A stretch of DNA of 64,000 nt from Novakomyces olei (taxonomy: Eukaryota), in contig JADEYG010000009.1 in NCBI GenBank assembly GCA_016906335.1, forward strand, positions 1,364,001 to 1,428,000. Direction: 5' to 3'. Below the pieces are notes generated by a model, which worked only from the letters and a program-made list of their open reading frames with translations, did not search any database and was not told the DNA's origin. The position numbers and the translations under genes are program-made. Positions 56,845-64,000 of the stretch are shown one piece after another. How positions within the stretch are numbered: the first letter of the stretch is position 1; every line of letters begins with the position of its first letter.

Positions 56845-57010
56845 AATAATTTAATAATTTAATAATTTAATAATTTAATAATTTAATAATTTAATAATTT
56901 AATAATTTAATAATTTAATAATTTAATAATTTAATAATTTAATAATTTAATAATTTAATAATTTAATAATTTAATAATTTAACAATTTAATAATTTAATA
57001 ATTTAATAAT
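56845..57010. repeat. (AATAATTT)n 8-mer array in the divergent CLF1/RAD1 spacer
   Basis: Directly visible, ~20 copies. Confidence 0.97.
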
Positions 57011-57041
57011 ACGTCTTGAACGGCACTCTCAATGTCCGACA

Positions 57042-59894
57042 ATGACAGACGAGGCAGAGGAAATGGCAGACGTCGGCCTGCAACTGCCATTTCAGCTCGA
57101 ACTGCTTCGCGAGATTCATGAGCAGGAAGGGTTAGTTGTGGCAGCGCGCGGCCTTGGCCTTTTGCAGATGGTCGCCACACTGTTGCACGCGTATGACAGA
57201 GTGGGAAAGCTCGTGATTCTTGTCGGCGCAGATGCTCGGGAGAACGAGTACATTGGCGAGGCAATGGCCATGCAAGCGGAGGCGGCACAAGTGTCTGCTT
57301 TCCCAGAGCCAAAAGGAGCCAATGGCAGCGCAGCAAACGGATCTACTTTACACCGTAAAGGCCTCCGAGTCATAAACAACGAGTCAATGTCGGTAGAAAA
57401 GCGGGAGCAGTTGTACAAACTGGGCGGCATTTTCAGCATTACTAGCCGGATTCTTGTTGTAGATTTGCTGACGAGTATATTGCCGCAGTCCAGTGTCACT
57501 GGTCTCGTTGTCCTGCACGCGGAGAAGGTGACGGCTGCTTCAATGGAGGCCTGGATTATGCGTATCTTTCGCAGGCAGTCGGAAGACGGATTCATTAAAG
57601 CCTTTTCCGAAACACCAGAGCCTTTTGTGACCGGGTTTAATCCGCTGGCGAATATGCTGAGGAACCTTTTCTTACAAAACGTTTACCTCTGGCCCCGATT
57701 CCATATCGGCGTATCGGCCAGTCTGGACGCGGGCAACGGACAGGTCATTGAACTCGATGTGGCAATGACGGAGCGAATGCGTGAAATACAGCACAACTTG
57801 ATTGAATGCACAGAGGCAACTATAAAGGAAATCAAACGGCTCAATTCTGGTGTTGTAGACTTGGACGAGGGAGAGGAGAATCAGGACTCTTGGAGTATGA
57901 CATCATCAGCACTTCATCGGCAGTTTGATTTAGTTGTGCAACGGCAACTTGACCCAGTTTGGCACCGTGTCTCCTTTAAAACGCGTCAGTTATGCAGAGA
58001 TCTTACCGTACTGCGTAACTTGTTTCAATACTTGCTGTGCTATGACTGTGTAGATTTTTTACGAGTGGTGGAGACTATAATTGCCGCTAATGCTCACGAT
58101 GGAATCCACCGTGTTCAGTCGCCCTGGGTCCTGATGGACGCCGGTCAACGCGTCTTTCAGCTGGCACGTGATCGCGTTTATGAGCAGCCAAGTACCAACA
58201 GTGCAGGAGCTGGACAGGGCCGTCAGGATACAGCTCCAGTCCCGGTACTTGAGCCGTTGCCAAAGTGGCAAATGCTGGCTGACATTATGCAGGAGGTAGA
58301 GGTCAATTTACAGATGCATCCGCCTCCACCGTCCTGCTCTCGCACTACTCTAATCATGTGCGGCGACGAACGTACGGCGAGGCAGATTCGGGAGTACCTG
58401 CAAAGCTGTACCCTAACGAGCAATAACGACGGGGACCGTGAGCCTTTAGCACAGGATAATGTACTGCGTGAAAAGTATACCGATTTTTTGGTCTGGAAAA
58501 ACACATTATTGAAAATGAGGAAAGCTCATTTTGGCAGTAGTGCGAATAGCGCCTGGTCCGCTGCTTCTCAGGCGGCAGCAAGTGCAACTACAAATTCCAG
58601 TGCAAATATAGTGCCTCGATCAGCTGCTCCACCGAATAAACGTAGACGGGTACGGGGCGGCGGAGGCAACTCGGCTTCTCAAGTGCCTTCACGGCCACCA
58701 GTAGTAACTTTGCAGGACGAAATATCACAGTTTGAAGCGATAACAATGAACCTTAGACCCTCTGATGCAATGGCCGGCCAAGAAGTAATGGACGAGTATT
58801 ACGAACTGCTGGATCAGGACAGCCTTGTGGTCGTTTTGCCCTTTGATGGAGACATGGATTTCCGAGCACTGACTGAACTACAGCCGCACTGTGTCGTCAT
58901 GTACGATCCCGACGCCAGTTTTGTACGCAGAGTCGAAGTTTACAGAGCAGGGCAGCAGGCGCACTATGATGTTCGCCTGTACTTTATGTACTATGGCGGC
59001 TCAATGGAGGAGCAACGGTACCTGTCGGAAGTTCGGCGGGAGAAGGATGCGTTTACTCGCTTGATCAGGGAGAAAGCAGAGCTGGCTCTGACGCTCAAGA
59101 CGCCAGCGGAGCTGGTTGGGAACGATGCACTCGACGCTCAAGACCGGTTTTTCCATACATTAAATACTCGCATTGCTGGGGGCGGAAGGGTAAAGGCAAG
59201 TGCTGAACCTCCGCGTGTAATTACGGATATTAGAGAAGTGAGGAGCTCATTGCCCGCACTTTTAGATGGCCGCGGAATGATTGTAATACCGTGTCAGCTG
59301 ATTGTCGGTGACTATATAATTGCACCTGACTTGTGTATCGAAAGAAAGTCTGTAAAGGACTTGATTCAATCACTAAACAGTGGGCGACTGTACTCGCAGT
59401 GTGAGATGATGCTGGCGCATTACGCAACGCCAATACTGCTTATAGAGTTTGGGACCAACAAGTCATTTGCCCTCGAGCCTTTTATAGATCTCTCTGGCGG
59501 CATTGGACAATCAGATTTGCAAACAAAGCTCGTCATGCTGAGTCTAGCATTTCCACAGCTTCGTATTATTTGGTCTTCAAACCCTGAGCAGTCGGCGCAG
59601 ATTATTGAGGACACGAAGAGATTGTACGATGAACCTGACCTGCACAAGGCAGTCTCTGCCGGCGTCGAGCCTGGTCAGGATGCCAGTGGGACCATGAACG
59701 AAGCCGCCGTAGGCCTCATGAAAGCCATGCCCATGATGTCGTCTCGGAACTTTCGAAACGTTGTATATGACAAGGAGATTCACAACGTCCGAGACTTTGT
59801 TAATGCTCCGGAAGCAAAGCTGGTAGAGATTCTTGGGCCCGAAGCTGGCCACACGCTGTACAAGTTTTTCAATCTCGATGCCCGGTCGACTTGA
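57042..59894 (+). CDS. RAD1: XPF/Rad1 (S. pombe Rad16) structure-specific endonuclease
   Basis: ARGLGL, TSRILVVDLL, LWPRFH, SMEEQRYL..RREKDAF, DIREVRSSLP, VGDYI..IERKSVKDL..SGRLY.Q. Confidence 0.97.
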   Translation: MTDEAEEMADVGLQLPFQLELLREIHEQEGLVVAARGLGLLQMVATLLHAYDRVGKLVILVGADARENEYIGEAMAMQAEAAQVSAFPEPKGANGSAANGSTLHRKGLRVINNESMSVEKREQLYKLGGIFSITSRILVVDLLTSILPQSSVTGLVVLHAEKVTAASMEAWIMRIFRRQSEDGFIKAFSETPEPFVTGFNPLANMLRNLFLQNVYLWPRFHIGVSASLDAGNGQVIELDVAMTERMREIQHNLIECTEATIKEIKRLNSGVVDLDEGEENQDSWSMTSSALHRQFDLVVQRQLDPVWHRVSFKTRQLCRDLTVLRNLFQYLLCYDCVDFLRVVETIIAANAHDGIHRVQSPWVLMDAGQRVFQLARDRVYEQPSTNSAGAGQGRQDTAPVPVLEPLPKWQMLADIMQEVEVNLQMHPPPPSCSRTTLIMCGDERTARQIREYLQSCTLTSNNDGDREPLAQDNVLREKYTDFLVWKNTLLKMRKAHFGSSANSAWSAASQAAASATTNSSANIVPRSAAPPNKRRRVRGGGGNSASQVPSRPPVVTLQDEISQFEAITMNLRPSDAMAGQEVMDEYYELLDQDSLVVVLPFDGDMDFRALTELQPHCVVMYDPDASFVRRVEVYRAGQQAHYDVRLYFMYYGGSMEEQRYLSEVRREKDAFTRLIREKAELALTLKTPAELVGNDALDAQDRFFHTLNTRIAGGGRVKASAEPPRVITDIREVRSSLPALLDGRGMIVIPCQLIVGDYIIAPDLCIERKSVKDLIQSLNSGRLYSQCEMMLAHYATPILLIEFGTNKSFALEPFIDLSGGIGQSDLQTKLVMLSLAFPQLRIIWSSNPEQSAQIIEDTKRLYDEPDLHKAVSAGVEPGQDASGTMNEAAVGLMKAMPMMSSRNFRNVVYDKEIHNVRDFVNAPEAKLVEILGPEAGHTLYKFFNLDARST

Positions 59895-59945
59895 GATTAC
59901 ACGATTCGGCAGAGTAGCATTTATCAGTTCTGGTCGCAACTCCGA

Positions 59946-61270
59946 TCATAAACGGGGTTGCAAACAGAAATTGGGGCTTGGCGTGGGCCGATGCCAATTG
60001 AAGTCTTTAACTTTTGCCCAACAGTTTTCCGGCTAGAGTTAGAGCTTGCCTCCCGTACATAAATGTCCTACATTATCGCCGAATGGCTGAAACACGAGGC
60101 CATGGCTATCCTCAATTATAGGATTACTGCGACAGTCAATTCGGAAAGTTGTATTCTGGGTTTCGTGTACTCGCAACTGTTCCTTGTTAGCATTGGTGCG
60201 AATACTTTTGAGCCGTAAATGGTTCGCCTTTGAGATGGATTCGGCGTTTTCCGACTGCAGAATTGAGAAAAGAGAAAGCAGGCTTGCATGAGAGAAGTCA
60301 AGACTACTTGACCAGGAGAAAAATCAAAAGTAACACGATTGGGATGATAAGCGTCTATACTACATGTGATGAATAATGATGGACAATATTTGTAAAGAAT
60401 GGAGAAGCAACCGAGGCAAAGATGTAGCACTCAAAAGCAATATAGGAATGGGAGAAAAAAGTCAAAAGGAAACCTAAACAAAATAAAATAAAACAATGTA
60501 AATTAAAATAATGTAAATTAAAATAATGTAAATTAAAATAATGTAAAATAGATGTTACCTGGTGGCAGGTTGCAGTAATTGTAGAATCTTGTGCGCCAGT
60601 AAGATGCACTGCCGCCTTGGCAGACTCGTCGACAAATTCACAAGTGCACCGTATTAATCCCTTAATATGCACAGCAGCCAAAGAGGCTTCCGCAACGACC
60701 TTAATATCACAGTCAGCCATATCTTGAAGCACCAACTGTGTCTGTGTATCCAATCGTTCGTGTACCGATTTATCGTTGCGATAATGGGCCAAGCGCAGTA
60801 CATGCAATGACGCCTCACGTTCAGGCAAGGCATTGCCCACAGACTGCTCTTTTACTTTTTGCTCATGTACCGTTGGCACTGATTCCGTGGCGGTAGTCTG
60901 CGCAAACCGAAACTTGGGTTTTTGGTAATAAGCGGCCTTGTGCCGGGAAAAGGCGTCGAGTAGAGCGTCGAGTGACTACAGTCAGAGTTTAAATGGTCCA
61001 TAATATTATAGTCAGAAATAAGAAAAATCATAAAATCACAAGTGCGCACAAGCATACCTGAGAGCACTGCTTCAGCCCAAAAGGCACGAGACGCGGGACC
61101 GCATCGTTCAGCTCTGCTCTTAATTCCGCAATTTGTGGCACAATTTCCGCAGTCAATATTCCGGAATTGTCTCCCGCCTCGTCAATGTCAGATAATTCGT
61201 CAAGGCGACGACGCAAAAGTGCCACTTTTCCTCGAAACTCACGCGTAAACGCGTCCTCCTGCCGCGGCAT
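59946..61270 (-). CDS. Tubulin-folding cofactor C
   Basis: Exons 61270-61058, 60975-60559, 60176-60072, 60032-59946. PKFRF, TCHQ|LRVHE..SNPIIEDS..F.PF, WAKVKDFNW..SPNF. Confidence 0.9.
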
Positions 61271-61314
61271 TCTCTGGTGTCACAATGCCTCAAGTCTCCT
61301 CATTTTATACCATG

Positions 61315-61377
61315 GTCACGTGACTCATATATTAAATTTTAATCAGATAAATTCGGCACGTGACCTGGTCACGTGCC
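61315..61377. promoter_or_regulatory. Three CACGTG E-boxes (Cbf1/bHLH-type) in the TBCC/MET8 divergent promoter
   Basis: GTCACGTGAC 61315-61324 and the palindrome GGCACGTGACC-T-GGTCACGTGCC 61355-61377. Confidence 0.75.
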
Positions 61378-61437
61378 AAAGTTATCTGATTGAGCTTTAA
61401 TTCATAAAATTCTGTCCGCGAACGGTCAGTGTGCACA

Positions 61438-62523
61438 ATGTCTTTAGCAGAGACCGAAAAAGTCGAAGGCGGCGGGTACGATCGTGGTCTTTGAGCCACT
61501 GTCAATTGTTCATTTGCGTCATACTTTCTTCTCCAATGTTTTCCCCGCTAATAAAAGGTCTTTACTGCTCGCTTGGCAAGTTCGCGATCGGCCGGTACTG
61601 GTCGTAGGAGGCGGAGAAGTGGCCTCTGGCCGCGTGCAAAAGCTGCTTGTGGCCGATGCGAGAGTAACGGTAGTGTGCCCAATTGTCAAGAGCCCGGAAA
61701 TTCAGAGCTATATCTCCTCTGGAGCAGTGAGGCATTTGCAACGTGAGTTCATGCCTGAGGATTTGAATGGCGCCGCCATAGTAATGACAGCGATCGATGA
61801 CGGCAACGCCAGCCGAGAGGTTTTCAAGCTGTGCAGGCAGCATAAAATCCCGGTGAACGTGGCAGACGTTCCGAGCGAATGCGATTTTTATTTCGGCTCA
61901 GAAATTCGGGATGGCCCGCTTCAGATTATGGTATCCACCAATGGCAATGGTCCAAGGGTCGCGCGTTTAGTGCGCCAGCGGATCGAGCAGGCTCTTCCTC
62001 CTAATGCGGGGAAGGCTATTAAAAATGTGGGGCGGCTGCGTGAGAAATTGCGAGAACGTTGCCCGGAAGCTGAAGCGTCGGGACGACGCATGAAATGGTA
62101 AGTTTAAACTGTGCGGGACTCTTAGATTGAGATTTGATGATTGTTTGATGTCTATAGTATGAATTTAATTGCCATGATTTATCGGTTTATTCCTTATGGC
62201 AAGCTTGTATCCGTTTATGCGGTCTTTTGACTCAATGTTTTCTTTTAATTTATAATATCTGTTTATCTATGGTCCCTTTGATACGCTTGCTTCTAACAAT
62301 ATCTAGGATGTCGGCCGTTTGCGATACGTGGAACCTGTCTGAGCTTGAAACTCTAACAGAGCCACAAATGGATTTTTTAGTTGATTCATTTGAGCGCGAT
62401 ATTGTGCCGGAGCCTGCATGGCGCACTCTTCAGCGGCTTGCTACAATTGCCGCTTTTCCTGCTGGGATGATGCTGTATGAGATTCCAACTTTTCACCTTG
62501 GTTTGATAATTTTGACATGCTGA
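61438..62523 (+). CDS. MET8: Precorrin-2 dehydrogenase/sirohydrochlorin ferrochelatase
   Basis: Introns 61476-61557 and 62098-62306. GGGSLLLAWQ, VLVVGGGEVA, IPVNVADVPSECDFYFGS, LQIMVSTNGNGP, RRMKWMS.VCD. 3' end uncertain. Confidence 0.93.
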
Positions 62524-63171
62524 GGTTTTTTCACGCTTCAATTGTGCGTTGTCTATTTCTAACTGTTTCCATCAAGTTGTATCATTTGATTTGGCACGAC
62601 TATATTTTGACTTCTCGCTATTTTATTCTAATATTTTCCTTTCTGTAGCAAAATAACTCAACACCTCTTTATTATTCTGACTAGTGCTAATGCAAGTGGC
62701 CTGGCTTTGGCGCGGCGCCTGTTCCGACGAATTCATTAGGCACTTTTGCTTTGGTTTGAATTATTCGGGATATATCGCGGTATATAATAATGTATATATG
62801 TGGCTCAAAAAATAATAAACGATCAGTAGAACAAGCCGTATAAAGTATGAAAGATGTGTTGAAGAGACCAGCCAAGCAAGCACAAAGCAGCAATTAATAA
62901 ATTGCTGTGATAGAACCGTAATATCACACGTGACATCGAATGCTTCCCAGAAGAATCACTTGTATTTATGGTAGAGACACGACCCAACAAGTATCGTTTG
63001 TTTGATATTTATTTGAGAATTATTTTTTGTCAATTATTTTGCAACGCAATTATTTTGCTTTTTAATATAATATGTGACTATTTCAAAGCAATAATCGCGT
63101 CAAGAGATTTTGTGGAGAAGCTGTTGCAATACACGGCAGCCAATAAAATAGGACTCAATGGGCTGGCTATA

Positions 63172-64000
63172 ATGAAATACGTGGTATCAGGTACAGCTGC
63201 GAGCCTGGCAGTTGCCATATTGCATCTCTATGTGGCTCCCTTCACAAAAGTAGAAGAGTCATTTGCACTACAGGCTGTCCATGATTTCATACTATGGTTT
63301 CGCGGCGAACTGCCACTGTCAAAGGTAGATATCGCTGCTTTTTCTCTGGTCTTGGCCCAGCACTGACTCCTCAGTTTGATCACTTGACTTTCCCTGGCGC
63401 TGTTCCCCGGTCTTTTTTGGGGCCTTTGCTGATCTCTGCTGTGGTGAACCCTTTCGCTATCGTATTCGACCTGAATGGCTTGTCATTGCAATTCGCTGCC
63501 CGCTTGGCCGTGGCGGGTTTCAATTGCATCGCTATTGGAGTGCTCGCACAGGCATTGCAAAAAGGGTTTGGTGCGACTACAGCTCGATTCTACATTGCCC
63601 TTCAATGCACCCAATTTCACTATATGTTTTACGCGTCTCGAACGTTATACAACTTTATGGCTCTTCCATTTGGTATGATTTTGACACTAATGTTTAATTT
63701 GTACAGTTGTGTTAGAGTTCTTGCACCGCTTCTTCAAGTTCATTTTTGTGCTTTTTTTTTTGTTTTGCTTTGTTTCTCTTTTATTTTTATTTTTTATTCT
63801 TTTTTATAGCTTCATATGCAGCTCCGTTACATTTTGTTAGCGCTCACCCTTATGTTTTGTCCTTTGCAATTCTTGAATGAACCTATTCTGATCGTCGACA
63901 GTCACGTTGGCCTATTCGTTTTACCTTCGTGAACAGGCTCAGACGGCAATTGCATTACTTTGTTTGGCCGCGGTCGCTTTTCGTGCAGAGATTGCAGTAG
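63172..64000 (+). CDS. ALG12: Dol-P-Man alpha-1,6-mannosyltransferase Alg12; runs off the window
   Basis: APFTKVEESFALQAVHD, FDHLTFPGAVPRSFLGP, QFHYMFYASRTL.N, AFRAE. Introns 63325-63374 and 63673-63901. Confidence 0.93.

Noticed and set aside
62420-62523. Hydrophobic C-terminal tail on Met8 as a new membrane anchor
   Set aside because: The 3' exon structure is uncertain (possible further intron near 62501), so it cannot be supported.

Overview
Eukaryotic DNA from a compact, intron-containing ascomycete fungus. It is most consistent with Taphrinomycotina, based on HomolD/HomolE boxes at ribosomal protein promoters, an S. pombe-like short eS25, a cysteine-reduced uS14, Set9, a Fta1/CENP-L-like gene and many 33-50 nt introns; this placement is an inference. 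I can reconstruct 31 protein-coding genes by hand-splicing GT..CTRAY..AG introns, mostly housekeeping, including RPS25, RPS28 and a UBL3/MUB-like gene that the ORF track misses or fragments. There is also one tRNA-Arg(UCG). I found no transposon and no CRISPR array. The most unusual items are: (1) a single 770-aa ORF joining a LYR-motif protein, an unknown middle segment, an internal mitochondrial-presequence-like linker and a lipoate ligase/lipoyltransferase (Aim22/Lip3), a candidate mitochondrial polyprotein linking an acyl-ACP-binding module to lipoylation; (2) tandem-repeat expansion throughout, with a different AT-rich microsatellite in most spacers and in-frame repeats in CDSs, including about 183 codons in TRS130; (3) an intron with no canonical branch point, filled with (TTTA)n; (4) telomere-type TAACCC repeats in promoters and CDSs; (5) several structured non-coding islands that may be unannotated ncRNAs. 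All homology calls come from motif recognition; no searches were run.
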